Assembly: GCA_050575255.1 (NCBI GenBank)
Contig: JBNZDD010013638.1
Location: 825,726-889,725 of the forward strand
Origin: Harriotta raleighana
Taxonomy: Eukaryota
Direction: 5' to 3'
Length of the DNA: 64,000 nt
Shown here: one piece after another, positions 13,440-26,822 of the stretch
How the letters are laid out: each line of letters begins with the position of its first letter
How positions within the stretch are numbered: position 1 is the first letter of the stretch
Made by a program: the position numbers and the translations under genes
The notes under the pieces: generated by a model
The model's input: only the letters and a program-made list of their open reading frames with translations
Told to the model about the DNA's origin: nothing
The model's database searches: none

Positions 13440-14545
13440 TGCCTCCTTCTTTGATTCCACAGTTTCCCGCAACTTGGTGTTATTTACACATTTAACTACC
13501 TTACATTGGGTCTATAAATGCAAGTGATTAATATATGTGAGGAACAGGAGGGGTCCCATTACAGATGCCTGAGGCATTCTGCTTAATACCTCTCCCCATT
13601 TTGACATCGCTCCCTGTAACAAAGACCTTCTGTTCCGTTCGCTGCAGCCAATTGTGAATCTGTGACTTATTCTGGATAACAATAAGATTCCTTACAGTTG
13701 ATATAGCACCTTATCACATTAACAAGAGTCTCAAAGCGGTTCACAGGATAATTCTGTCAAGTGGAATTACTGAGTATTTTGTGGTCAAAACGCGACAGCC
13801 TGCTTTTGTATAGTAATGAGCCACAAACCAGCATGATCAGTTTTATTTGGGGATTTTGGTGGCTAGGACACCAGGAGAAACTCCAATCTTCTTCAACGTC
13901 CAGCTGAGCAGGCAGACCTTGATTTAACGTCTCATCTGAAGGACAACTCCAACAACGCAATATACCTCCAGTACTGCAATGGAGTGGCCGCTGAGACAAT
14001 GTGATTCCAAGTCCTGGTTTGGGCATCAATGAGTTCTACTATTGAGACACTCTGACACACAATACCCAGTAAGCACAGTTTGTGAAGAAGTCTTTTACAT
14101 CTACTTTGTCAAATATTTTTTCAAAATCTAGATACTCTACATCATATGGCTTCCCCACAGTCAATCTGGACTGTCACCTCCTCAACAAAGTCTGTAATGT
14201 TAGTCATACAAGGCTTACCCTTCTGAACCCATGTTTACTGTTATTAGATTATTTTTATACAAGCAATTTTCCATTTCCTTTCTGATGAATGACACAATTA
14301 TTGAGGTCAGCCTAATGGGTCTGTTGTTGCCAGGTTTAGTATTTGTCAGCTTTCTTGAATACGGGAATACCATCTGCCTATGTCCAATCCATTGGAAGCT
14401 TCCCAGTGATGACTGACTGTGAATGCTGCACAATTCTCCTGCCTTATCTCATAAATACCCTGGGGTACAGGTTATCTATCCTAGGGGATGTGTTAATGTT
14501 AAGCCCATTGAATCTATCTGGAATCTCAACTTCATTTACGTTAAA
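13440..14545 (-). mobile_element. Old CR1 RT fragments interrupted by a DeuSINE-like element (~13678-14020)
   Basis: Minus strand contains NNRPIRLTS, SKTLLEEV/YLDFxKxFDKV-like and SGxPQxSVxGP-like segments; the SINE core lies between them. Confidence 0.6.
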
Positions 14546-14574
14546 ATTTTATTTTTTAAGTGTTAGGGCATTAG

Positions 14575-14874
14575 TAATAAATAATAACTTGCATTTGATG
14601 TAGTACTTTTCACATCTTCTAGATGTCTCAAAGCACTTCACAGAATATATTGTAAAGTGAATTGACTATACATTTGTGGGCGAAATGCAGCAGCCAATTG
14701 AGCACAGCAGTCTCCCACAAACAGTTGTGGAATGAAATGAGCAATTTTTAAAAAAAAGGATTATTATCAGGCATGTGAAGTAAGGAAACTTGCCCAAGGT
14801 TTCGCCCTGCTGGGAATTGAACATGGGTCTCTTGCTTGAGAGTTGAGTGCTCTAACCACTGAGCTACAGGACCC
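14575..14874 (-). mobile_element. tRNA-derived SINE, near full length (major young family)
   Basis: Head gggtcctgtagctcagtggttagagcact with B-box gttcaattcc, Deu-like core, tail aatgcaag(tta)n. Confidence 0.88.
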
Positions 14875-17049
14875 ATGACTATTACATTAACTAATGGTCT
14901 GCTTCGGTCTTGAAGTGTTCCACATGCTGTATTTTATGTATCGAACATTCACTTTCTCCACCTCATGTGGAGTCCTTTAGCTCAGTGGTTGTGCAGTCAA
15001 TCGGCTGCCGCCTTTTGCCTACGCATATATACATTCATCAATTCACTTTACAGTGTATTCTGTGAAGTGCTTTATATAATATAAGCATTGTCTAAAATAC
15101 AGGAATTATTATTATTCCTCACTATTTAATGGATATTGTTGTGTAAAAAGTGGATATCTTGTTCACCCACAATTAGATAGTACTGTAGTCACTTTAAAGT
15201 ACTTTGAGATGTTTTAATATTGTGAACTGTAGATTATGCAATAATTATTTATTTTATTATTTTTGTTGACAGTATTCAGTAAATCTCTGATACGGGAGGT
15301 ATAATTTGCAGAATTCACAAAAAATTTGGAAAGAATAGGTTTTTTTCAGTGTATCAGTGGACGACCATCTGGAATACCAGGACTCACTACTTCTGACAGT
15401 CTCAGAAATTGGAACTAAAAGATTCTGTGAATAATCAATATATACAATATATAAGATTTGGATGCTTTGTTGATAGACAGACAAGAGTATGGTGCCATTG
15501 GTGATTTTACATTGATCTTGCCTTTATCTAGTATTTATCTGACTTTCCTACAAAGTTGTGTGTTAATCTAGTTACCTCACATTGTTATGCGTTGGTAGCC
15601 TCAACACTGGTTCAGAACGTCAGGGCCCGAGGCTAAGGTAGAAGGATTAGATATTTCTGTGTCAGCAGTGCTTGATTTACTCAGGTTAGTGCCGCATGGC
15701 ACATGGAGGGTAACTAGTAGCAACGCACAGCTATGTAGGAGACTCAGACAAACTCAGACAAAAGGAAACTCGATGAAAAATCACTGTGGCCTGCCGAGCA
15801 GATGGGACATATATACCAGCAGAGGGCTTTTCTACATTCAGTGCTTCGTGGCCTTTTGCTCTCTCCTATCTATTCACAAAATTAAAAGAGAGCTACAGAT
15901 GAAGAAATGCCTTTGGCCTATTTGATCTCATTTTTCCCCTTATGATTACTTGTTCCCAGTGTGAGGCTTGAGAGGAGTATGTTGATAAAGGCGGTGCTGA
16001 GGCTGTGACCGTTACTTGCTTTATTGCCGAAGGTTGCTGCTTCCTCTCTCATCTGCAAATAATAAGAAGAAGAATCCTTGCATTTGATACAGCGAATTAT
16101 CAAATCTTGGAGACGTCTCAAAGCACTTTGCAGAATATACTGTAAAGTGAAATGACTTGTATATTTTTGGGGCAAATTTCATTGACGTTTTTACTTTGAA
16201 AATTCCTTTCACATCATTTATGTTTTTCCTTCTACAATAATATAGTCTGCCATGTCTTGCTAGGCATGTCGTCTCCTAGATATCTCAGTGGGTTCAGTTT
16301 TCCCACCAATGTTTGCTCTGGGAGTACACACTCACTGAATTGCTCTGTGAAGCCATTGTGAGCCTTTCTTTACTTTGTGCCATTATAATTTCTATCTGAG
16401 GCTAACCAATACTTGCCTGCACATTTTCTTCACTTATTCAATTATCTTGGTGCTGTTTGATCCAATGTGAAAGAAAAACTGTGCACACAAGATTTCCTAC
16501 TCTTATTTGTTACATGTAGTACAGTACCTTGCATTTAGCTGCAAAGAATTTGTGCATATTCCATCAAGCTCTCTCTTTGCAAAATCTTTGCTGCCTCTTC
16601 TGATTCCACAGTTCAATCAATTTGGTGTCAACTATACCATATACAGTACTGTGTCCTTAATTATACAAGGAGCAGGAGGGGCCTCAGTATTAACCCCAGG
16701 GGCATGGTTCTTACCACCTCTCCCCTTTTTGATCTATCTCTCCTGATGCTGACCCTCTGCTTCCTTGTCCACTGCTAATTCTGAATCCTTGTTCATTTCT
16801 TGTTCAATCTCTGTACCAACTAGCTTTGAATCCCTTCGGGTTTTGATGTCTTCTCTGACTACTTTCTTACTGTTAAAATTTCAAAAGAATTGTTTTGATA
16901 TCATGCTTTGAATTTGCTGCAATTTCCCCATCCTCCCTTGATCTCTTTGTTCCCCATAATTGTTTTTATTTTACCTTTCTGTACAGTGTTGTACTATGCA
17001 ATCCAGTATCTAATGTATGTTGACAATCCCAACGCCCGGTTGGAGTCTA

Positions 17050-17940
17050 GTAATAGCATTCCTTTCATTTGATACATATGGAAGGACGTCTCAAAGCACA
17101 TCACAGTAAAAACTCTAAAGTATAATGACTGGTATTTTGTAGGCAAAGGCAGCAGCCAATTTACACACAACAATATCCCAGAAACAGTCATCAAGTGAAT
17201 AACCAACTTCTGTTTGAGGGGATTATTGACCAAGACACAACAACAATAAAATTATCTGTCCCAAGGCCTGAACAATCAGGGGGTCGAGATCCAAGCATGG
17301 AAGAGGGCGGGGTGGGGGTGAGGGGAGACAGAGAGATAGGAGGACAGCTGAAGGTACGGTTGAAAAGGAGGGTCTTGAAACTGGCCTTGAAGGAGGAATG
17401 GGAGGAAGTGATGTGGAGGGACTGCGGAATGGAGTTTCAGAGTGTGGGGGCAGAGAAGCTGAAAGCCCACCCACAGATGGTAGGGCGAGTCGGGCAGGGG
17501 ACATGTTGGAACAGACAGGATCCTGCTGAATGGAGAGAGCGGGCAGGTTGGTAGGGAGTCAGCAGGTTGGAGACGTAGGACGAGGCAAGACCATGGATGA
17601 TCTTGAAAGTGAGGATAAGGATCTTGAATTCTATCCTCTGGTGGATGGGGAGCCGGGGAAGGGTGGGAATGATGGGGTCGCGGAGTCTGGTGCAGGAGAG
17701 GACACGAGCTGCAGAATTTCGGGACACTGGAAAAATCTCCCTTCTCTTTTCAAATAGTGCCATGGGAAGATTGATGTCCATCTGACGAGACACATTGAAC
17801 CTCAGTGTAAATTTCATCCCAAGGGTAGCCCCTCAGACAATGCAGCACATACCCAGCACTGCTTTAATATCAGCCTAAACTATGCAAGTCCTTAACCTTC
17901 TGAATCAGAATCAAGAGTGCTACCAACTGAGCCAGGCTAT
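17050..17940 (-). mobile_element. DeuSINE-like element split by an L2 fragment (~17235-17725)
   Basis: SINE tail and core at 17050-17235, L2 C-terminal ORF (RIEFKILILTFKIIHGL) in the middle, SINE core and head resume at 17725-17940. Confidence 0.75.
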
Positions 17941-18069
17941 AATAGTTGTGTATATGTAAACATGTCAATTCTAATTTTCATTCTATGAAGCACTTTGCGA
18001 CATTGAAAAGACGTGAAAAGCACTATACCAAATGCAAGGATTATTATATTACAGTATTATGTTATACAA

Positions 18070-18375
18070 ACTCTTCACAGAATATTCCTTAAATTTGAAT
18101 TGACTGTATATTTATTGGGCGAAACATGGCAGCCAATTGCATTCATCCATGTCCCAAAATCGGTTGTGGATTGAATGACCAAATTATGAATTTTTAAATA
18201 GATTATTTCCTCAGAAAATCTGACAATCAACTAGCAATGGGGTTTCTATTTACTGCTAAGTAATCAGAGGCAGATGGAGCAAGGATATTTGCTTAATGTT
18301 TTGCCCTGTCCAGGAATCAAACCAGATCCTCTCGCGTGCAAGGGAAGTACTCTAACCAATACATTACAGGACTAA
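18070..18375 (-). mobile_element. tRNA-derived SINE, longer subfamily
   Basis: Same head and core as the major family plus an extra internal segment at ~18220-18275. Confidence 0.7.
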
Positions 18376-18739
18376 TCTTACTCAGTAACATGGAGCAAAC
18401 ATACTAAGCTTTTTCCCATACAAAAGGGCGTGGAAGAGTCAATCAGATCCAACATTTGTTCACAGACAATGAAAAGTGGAGCAACATGTTAAACCATGAA
18501 TCAATACCATTATCAAATTCACCTTGCAGCTATTTCCTCTAAGTCTTTGCAAGCTGGGTCATGATTTATGAATGATCATCATTGACATGATTCAGTGGAG
18601 ATATCAACAAACCAGATATACCATGCTTTACCTGTTAAAAAAAATATAGGGGTTGGCAAACGAAGAAGCAGTATGAATATATCGACTATAAGTAAGTACA
18701 GTCCAGTCAGCATACTTTCTAGCTGGATCAGTGCAATCA

Positions 18740-19132
18740 GATGATCTCATCCAACTTTCGGTTTATCCAGAACTCTGCCGCTCGTGTTCTCACCTGCACC
18801 AAACTTTGCTCCCCCATTACCCCAGTCCTTGCCAAACTTCACAGGCTCCCTATCCCAGAGAGGATTGATTTCAAGATCCTCACCCTTGTTTTCAAATCCC
18901 TCCACTCCTCTGCACCCTCTACCTCTCTGACCTCCTCTCTCCTCAAACCAGCACCTATGTACCCGAATCCTCCGCTCCATCCTCGGCGGCTGTGTCTTCA
19001 GCCACTATGCCCCGAGGCTCTGGAATTCCCTTCCTCACTCCTTCCGCCTCGCCCCCTCTTTTTCCAGTTTCAGGTCCCAGCTGAAGACCTTTCTCTTCGA
19101 CCGGTCTTTGGTCACCCTTCTACCCCTGCCCC
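18740..19132 (+). mobile_element. L2 LINE fragment
   Basis: ORF 18741..19151: IQNSAARVLT..ITPVLAKLHRLPIPERIDFKILTLVFK. Confidence 0.88.
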
Positions 19133-22100
19133 GGCTCAGGGGCAGGGGTAGAAGGGTGACCAACTCTATTATTGTTGTATACAACAACAATAATATTACA
19201 AAATTACACTTATATAGCGCCTTTCACAGGAAGACGTCCCAAAGTGATATAGTGTAGTTTAGTAATTGTGATGTTTTGTGGAACAGCTCAGAAAAGCAAA
19301 AATTCCTCTTGTAGTTTTCCTCTTCTAAATTTCATAACTTGGCACAAAATTTGATACCACAGCCCTCCAAGGGATTATCCTACAGGAAGAGCCCTAAAAT
19401 ATGTGTTATTTTTGTTGTTGTTAATCATTTTTGCCAGTTATCTCTCATCTTATTTGCCTGTGCTATATTCCCTCTGCCAATGGCAGGATAGGAGATGTTT
19501 TAGACTCGAGATCCTTGTTCTGGTTTTAATGTGCAAACAAGCATCAGACAGTTTTGAAAAGTTTATGTATAAATTCAAGTTGAAGTGAAACATTATGAAT
19601 TGAATCCAAACTGGGCACAAATTTATGCTGGCTTCTTCTGAATTTAACCTGTGGTTTGGACTGAGTTGGACTGTGTTGGACTGTGATGACAGCCTGACCA
19701 TAAGCAAAAGAAACCCAAAGTAGTCACAAGATCTATAATGGCTTTATTTCTTTGCCTTCGCTGGGGTTATTGCTAGCAGCTACATAATTGACATTGACAG
19801 AGAGTATGTGACATAACACTACATCTGCACTGAAGTTACACAGATATGGAAGTCCATGTTGCTGCATGCGTGGAATGGCAGCTAATTCATAGCTTTCGCT
19901 TGCACAGAGAACTGAATATAACACAGAAATCCATTGATCAAATCAGACCCAATATTTGAATAAATGCAGAAAAAAAACATCAAAAGATCCAGGAGTGAAG
20001 TTGTCAGTCAGTTAGACATAACTCTTGGGGCTTCATTGCTGTTGTTTAGCCAGTGATTGATGAGGTTAAAGATTCCACCTTCTGTGCATGCACATTAGAG
20101 GCGTGATCATGTCTGTGTAATTGCGATGCCATTGCATACATAACACAGCACTCTTGCTGATTCTGTACATGGATGGACTCAAACCTGATAGTTTGTTTAC
20201 AAAATGAAGAGGACATCAGAGAAAGAGTAATCTTCAAGTGACAAGTAAAGAGCTAACACTTACATATGCAGCGTCTTAAATGTTTAAAACTCACCAATTG
20301 TATGTGGTGCCTTAAAGTCACTTAAATGGGTTGTTGTGTGCTGTGCTGAATGTTACTTGCCAGAATAACAACAGAATTGAGGTAAGACTCAGAACAAATA
20401 AAATGCTGGACAATATAATTACGTTGAAAATAGTCACCAACCTTTCATGATTTGGAGCAAGTTTTCACGCAGTTTGCTATTTGCAAATGTAAAGTGAGAT
20501 GTGAACTGGCAGTGTTTACACTTATCCTGTGTTGATCCCTGCACCAAACAACAACAACAACAAAATTACATTTGTATAGTGCCTTTCACATCGGGAGGAC
20601 ATCCCAAACAATTAATTCAACAAGATTGGCATAACTTAGTGGGATACTGAAGCAGTGCACTGTAATTGGCAGAGGTAAAGAAACATGGGTAATGATAATG
20701 CAGTATATTTAAGTGATCCGATGATTTATGAGAATTTTAAAAATTGATATTAGCCAGAGACCCAGAGGATTCAATTAGGGTTCTCCTGCATTAAGAATGT
20801 ATTTGATGCCAGGTTGTAAGTTGGTGGATTCACTACTCATACCATATTGCGCTGATTATTATCTTAAAATAATAAGTGGTGGTACCTAAATTTGATACAG
20901 AACCTACTTATCACAATCAACAGAATCAACATTGTAAAAATTCTGGCCTGGACTTTGCGATCTCCATCCAGTTCACTGCTATCAAATAGGTTACAATGTT
21001 CCATTATTTGGTGAATGCTTTGTAGAATAACTAATGTTTTTTATTCTGGAAGTAAGCCTAAGCTTTTGAAAGGAATCCCACTTTTCTAACAATCTCTCAC
21101 ACATCACATTGCACCTTTGGTTTTGTCATGTGGATGTTTGTTAAATGTCTGCAGCTGAAGCACTTTTGTCAAGAAGGGGTAGATGGACAACATCATGATT
21201 AATTTTACTTGGCAGAAGTTATCTCAGCCACTGACATCGATAGATTAGCCCCTTATCTAGCAGCCAGGCATCAGGAATTTGTTTCATAAACATCTTGGCA
21301 AGTCCTAAACCAAGAAGGATAAATGACATATGAGTTGTAACAGGGGAAATTAGTGAATTCTCGGAAGTACCCAAGGGGTGATTAAGGATTAGAACACATT
21401 GCCAGGAAGGATGGTTGAGGCCAGGACACTGGATTCATTTTAGAAGTAGCTTTCATGTTGTGTTGGGAGAATTGTAGGGTGAATATCTTGGAGGGATGAG
21501 ATCCGATGGGCCAAGGGGTCTTCTTAATCCAAACCAATCTTGTGAATTTGTAATTCCTTACTATCCAAGTGTTTATTAAGTTCCCTTTTAAATCCCAATT
21601 GATCCTGCATCTGCAGCCACCTAGTTCCTGGATTCTACATGCTCACAAAATTTTTACAGGCAGAAATCATATCTGATCTCATCTCTAATCAGTGTGCGTC
21701 TGACATTATGTGGGGATTCTTGGAAAGAAAATATAATTTGAGGAGAGATTTTGGCCACTGCTAATGACTGTGATCACTCTAGTGGGCATCTGAGAGGCAT
21801 TACAGAACAGAAATTACCTTCCGTGGCACCAGCAGCATCTAATATACATAATCAACACAGTCCAAATCTTTACATAGATCACACAGCACTTATTTATCTT
21901 CTAAATATAGTTCTAGTCAAACCAAGCTATGAAAGAGATAACAATCATTTTTCAACATACAAACAGAAAATAATTTGCAAATGTCAGCCATTTATACTAA
22001 ATGCCTAGATTTCTTTCCAGTATTTTATTCTATTAATATATAATTTGTGATATGGAATAAGGAGACTGAATTACAGTGAATTTTTGAATAATATGCTACC

Positions 22101-22779
22101 CATAAAAAAACACACAACAAAACATTTGACTACAATGTGGAACAAAATGCATGGACAACCAGTACACACAACAGAATGGAACTGACTTCGTAGCATCTGC
22201 TGCAAAAGGAACTTGGCAGAGTATAAGCTTCATGAGCAATTTATTTCTGGTTTTTCCAGGAACTGAGCCTGACTGAAAACTCTGCGATGCATTGACAAAA
22301 ATCCCTGTAATCTTTAACCAAACCTTGGTTCTCAGTGCATCTCATCCAGGAGTCAGGGTAATTGAGCAAAAGGTTAGGGTGGCAGATGCATTTAAAAAGT
22401 TATTAACTGGTCAAGTGAATGTGGTTTTGGATCCCCCTGTTGGTACCTAATAGCTGGAAGTAACACCAGCTGTAGCATAGTTGTGTTATTTCCTACATTT
22501 AGTAATGCTTTGCAATGAATCTTACCACTGTGAGTCACTACTGAATATTCACATGTGAGGAAATCGCTAACATTACAAAAACTAAACACCCCTTAAAGAG
22601 GCCCCTCAGCTTCCCAGTCTTTTCTGGCAGTAAGCAGACCCACTGCCAAATGAACCACAGAATAGCATTAACATTAGAAAGTTTCAAGGAATCTCATTCA
22701 GCTGTCCTGCCAATTGAAGAAAGGAGCTGAGCAAATAAAATGGAAGTGAAGACGGACAATAGATGAAACAGATTAAGTA

Positions 22780-23333
22780 AGAACTAACATTTTACAACTC
22801 CTCATCACGTCAAAACACCTCAGACGGTTTCACAGATAATTAATGACATTTTTTTAAAGGCAAATAGAGCAGGCATTTTACGCAAAAAAAAGTCCCACTA
22901 ATAACCATGAAGTGGATGAACCAACTAATCTGAAGGATTATTGGACAGGACACTGTCAGAAACTCTTCTTTCAGAGTGGAAATTTTCACATCCACCAGAA
23001 GCGACCTTAGTTTAAGGATTTATATGGAAGATGACACCTCTGAAAATGCAGCACTCCTCATGTTCAACTCAAATGCCAATGTGGGACTTGAACCTTTAAT
23101 CTCTGATATACAGGCAAGAGTGAAAGAAAGATAATAATCCCTCCAAAAAATTTTTAAAATTTGATCATTTAAATCCACAACCGTTTGTAGGACACTGCTG
23201 TGTGCAATTGGCTGCTGGATTTCGCCCACAAATATGCAGTGAGTTCACTTTACAGCATATTCTGTTAAATGCTTTGAGACATCTAGAAAATGTGAAAAGC
23301 GCTATATCAAATGCAAGGATTGTTATTATTATT
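22780..23333. mobile_element. DeuSINE-like element (minus) adjacent to a SINE 3' half (plus, 23165-23333)
   Basis: Shared SINE core and tail motifs in opposite orientations. Confidence 0.6.
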
Positions 23334-24439
23334 AAGAGTGATACCAACTAATTCAAACTGCCTCCGCCCACCAGAATGTATTACTATTATACAGAACAAG
23401 ATGCACCTTTACACAGTGGTATAGAATTCAGTATCTGAGAAAATAACTACAATATACTGTAGTACAGTATACATCTTCCATAACCATATTGCAGACACAT
23501 CACCTGGGGATATGTCGTCCATTATAAAGCTGAACATAAAATAAAAAGAACCACATTCCTTTATTCAAGTCATGCTGAAATTGCAAATTACCTTCCATGT
23601 ATTGCATGTGCCACATGAGCATACAATGCCTTGGGATGTCCTTCTGACGTGAAAGGCACTTTGCAACTGTAATTATGTTGTTGTTGTACTTGCAATATTC
23701 TTAATTTTCAAACCCCAACATTTAGATGCAATTGCATTTCACTATAGATATCAGGCGTGCTCTCCTTATAAGCACAGAGGTTGAGAGGTTGTCACTACAG
23801 GACATAAGAAATCATGGAATAAGAAAAACAATCAGAAAGGTGACATGCAATGTTTTGAATTTATTTATTCTCTCGGGGAAATTTCAACAAAATTTCTCCC
23901 TGATTCCAAAAGGTGAAATTCCAGTTATTTACCCAAGCCTCTGCATGTTTATTTTGCAAGACATTTTACCCATAATGGTTTTCTAGCACATTACAATAGA
24001 AAGAGTTCAGTGAGTTGAATGGAATGAAGGAGCACCTGCAGACTAAATAGGGAGAGTTGTGCACTTTGTAGTTAAGAATCACAAACAAATCAGTTAGGTA
24101 ATACATTTCATTGTTGGCAGTTTTGTTATTGCAATTGATTTTAATGGAATAGATTGTTGCACAATGTACTTAATCCTGATTATTGTTCAGCTATCAACAA
24201 TAGAAAATACTTCTCAGTTTCAAAAGATCAGTAGCAAAATCAAAGTGCAAACACTTGTACCAATACATGTCTGGGTTGTTGGTGCAAGTTTGATACTTTA
24301 CCTCCCTTATTATGGCATTTGTTCCGTTAGCATGATTCAGTCAATTAGACTGTGGATTGTCTTTGATGAACTTGAAAATTATTTTCAAAACATTAAACAA
24401 AAGCTGCTTGTAATACTCCAAAGAAGCATCAACCCTCCC

Positions 24440-26020
24440 ATTGAAAGTCACTGAGAGGCACTGTAGTTGAAGCGCTCTCAGACGCTGCCCTGCGTGGAGA
24501 GTGCTATATAAATGCAAGAGGATATTATAAAGTAATAATATAACATCAATATAATTCTTGCATTTGATGAAATATCTTATCGCATCATTGAAACATCTCA
24601 AACTGCTTCATAGGATGTAATGTGCAGTTTAGGAACCAGACAATTGGGAGAAACATCTTTCTCTTTTGAATGGTGCCATGGGATCTTTACCATCCACCTG
24701 AAACAGATAGATGGGATCTGAAGGATGAGATTTTTGCTATTGCAGCACACCCCCAGCACTGCGTTCTAATAATAATCCTGATAATAATCTTTGCATTTCA
24801 TATAGCGCCTTATCATGTCATTGCGCGGCATCAAAGTGCTTCACAGGATATCACAGTGAATGCTCTACATGTTGTGGGTGCATCGTCATGTCAGTCTAGA
24901 CTATGACTTTAAAGTCCCAATGTGGATCTTGAACCCACACCCTTCTGACTCAGAAACTGTCGACTTAGTCAGGCTGACACCTGCAAACATGGTTTTAGTC
25001 AAGAATGTTTGGTCCAACGAGTCACCTGATAAATCATCTAGAGCATTCACTCTCACTAACTCAAAGCCTCTGGACAGAAGTAAATAACAAATTTACATCT
25101 GACATCTCAGTTGTATTAGAGTGATATCCTGGAAGTGTACATTTATAGTCCAGAGGTCCTAACCCTGACCACTGGCATATTATAAATAATATTCCCCTAA
25201 ACCCAACAAGAGTGACACTATATTGCTGAATCCTTTCTATGAGAAGATATTTGTCCTGTTTCTTCTTTTTTTAAAAAATACTGCATTGGTTAGTCAGCTA
25301 ATCACCAAATCATTGAGTTTCTCTAATCTGGTACTCGAATCATGTGAAACTAAATATCCATGTCTCTTGGCATTTTTAAATTATATTTCTAGAAATTGAT
25401 AAAACACCTTTCACAGCAGGAAAGCATTTCAAAGCACATCACAGGATTTAGTGTAAAGTGCGTGGACTATGCATTGTAGGTAAAAGCAGTGGCCAATTTA
25501 TCCATAGCCAAGTGTCACAAACAGCCATGAAACGATGACCAATTTTTAACTGGGGGATTGTTGCCTGGGAGAAACTCCCTTCAGTTTTCGAATGCCTTAG
25601 CATCTTTAAAATCCACTTGAACAGGCAGAAGAAACTTTGATTCAATGTCTCACCCGGGGGAGAGCATTTTGACAATGTATACTTCCCCCAGCATCGCACT
25701 GTACATTAGTTTAAAGTAGTGACTTGACTTGAGGCTTGAATTCACCACCTTTTGATTCAGAGGCAAAGGTGTACATTATCACATCAACATCCCACAAACA
25801 GCCATGAAGTGAATGACCAATTTTATCTTGGGGAACTTTTGGCCAAGCTACCAGGATATTGAAGACATGTACTGTACTTGAGTAGGGAGATAGGACCTAG
25901 TTTAACAACTCATCGAAGGACGCATTCTCCCCCAGCATTATATTCGAATGTACTGACATTGGGCTTAGAACCTACAAACCCAGAGGTGAGAGGGCTATTA
26001 ACTGAACCAAGCTGACATAT
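24440..26020 (-). mobile_element. Cluster of degenerate DeuSINE/SacSINE1-like copies
   Basis: Repeated motifs cagcac..cccccagca and cttgaaccc..accttctgactcaga at ~24530-24980, 25380-25770 and 25780-26020. Confidence 0.6.
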
Positions 26021-26507
26021 TTTAGCTCCTGCAAATGGCATTGTATTTACGCAGCTACCGAAAATATAAAGTAAGGACTTGCTCACTCATTGCTTTCAGA
26101 ATTCCAGCATTTTATTTGATCAGCCAGGTGTCTGACACATGCGGAAATCCATCACCATGCTTAAGAGTATCCAAACCAAACTGAGATTTCCATGCATTCC
26201 ACGTACACATGAAAATCCCCAAAATAGATTGTTGGAATGGAATGCAAATTCACTCCCAGGAGGGATTTGCTTACCTAATTCCGGGAAGTATTTGGTGCTG
26301 GTTGGCAAGAGCCAAGGCTAAGAATTCCAACATATATTCCATATGGGCAATGTGATTTGCAGATGCTTAATATGAGGGCTCATTAAGTGCGAATTTATTA
26401 TATATTCCTGATTCTACCTTGATATTTTTGATTACGAGTAGGAATGATAATAATCTGTGCATTTGTTATTGATCCTTTTGCTTCAGGGGCTTAAAGCGCT
26501 TTAAAGT

Positions 26508-26822
26508 GAGCTCCTGTAGCTCAGTGGTTAGAGCACTCGCCTAACAAGTGTGAGACCTGTATTCGAATCCAGGCAGGTCAGGGCGAAACCTTGGGCAAGT
26601 TTCCTTACTCCACACACCTAATAATAATCCCTGCAAAAAACCACAATAATAAAATTGGTCATTTCAATCCGAGACTGTTTGTGGGACACTGCTGTGCGCA
26701 ACTGGCTGCCGCGTTTCGCTCACAAATATATGGTCAATTCACTTTACAGTATATTCTGTGAAGCGTTTTGAGACGTGGATTGGATGTGAAAAGTGCTATG
26801 TCAAAACGCAAGGATTATTATT
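26508..26822 (+). mobile_element. tRNA-derived SINE, full length
   Basis: A-box tagctcagtgg, B-box attcgaatcc, Deu-like core, tail gcaaggattatta; probable target-site duplication ttaaagtg. Confidence 0.9.

Noticed and set aside
26508-26585. tRNA-like sequence with A and B boxes (also at other SINE heads)
   Set aside because: Continues directly into SINE body and tail and occurs in many diverged copies; not a tRNA gene.
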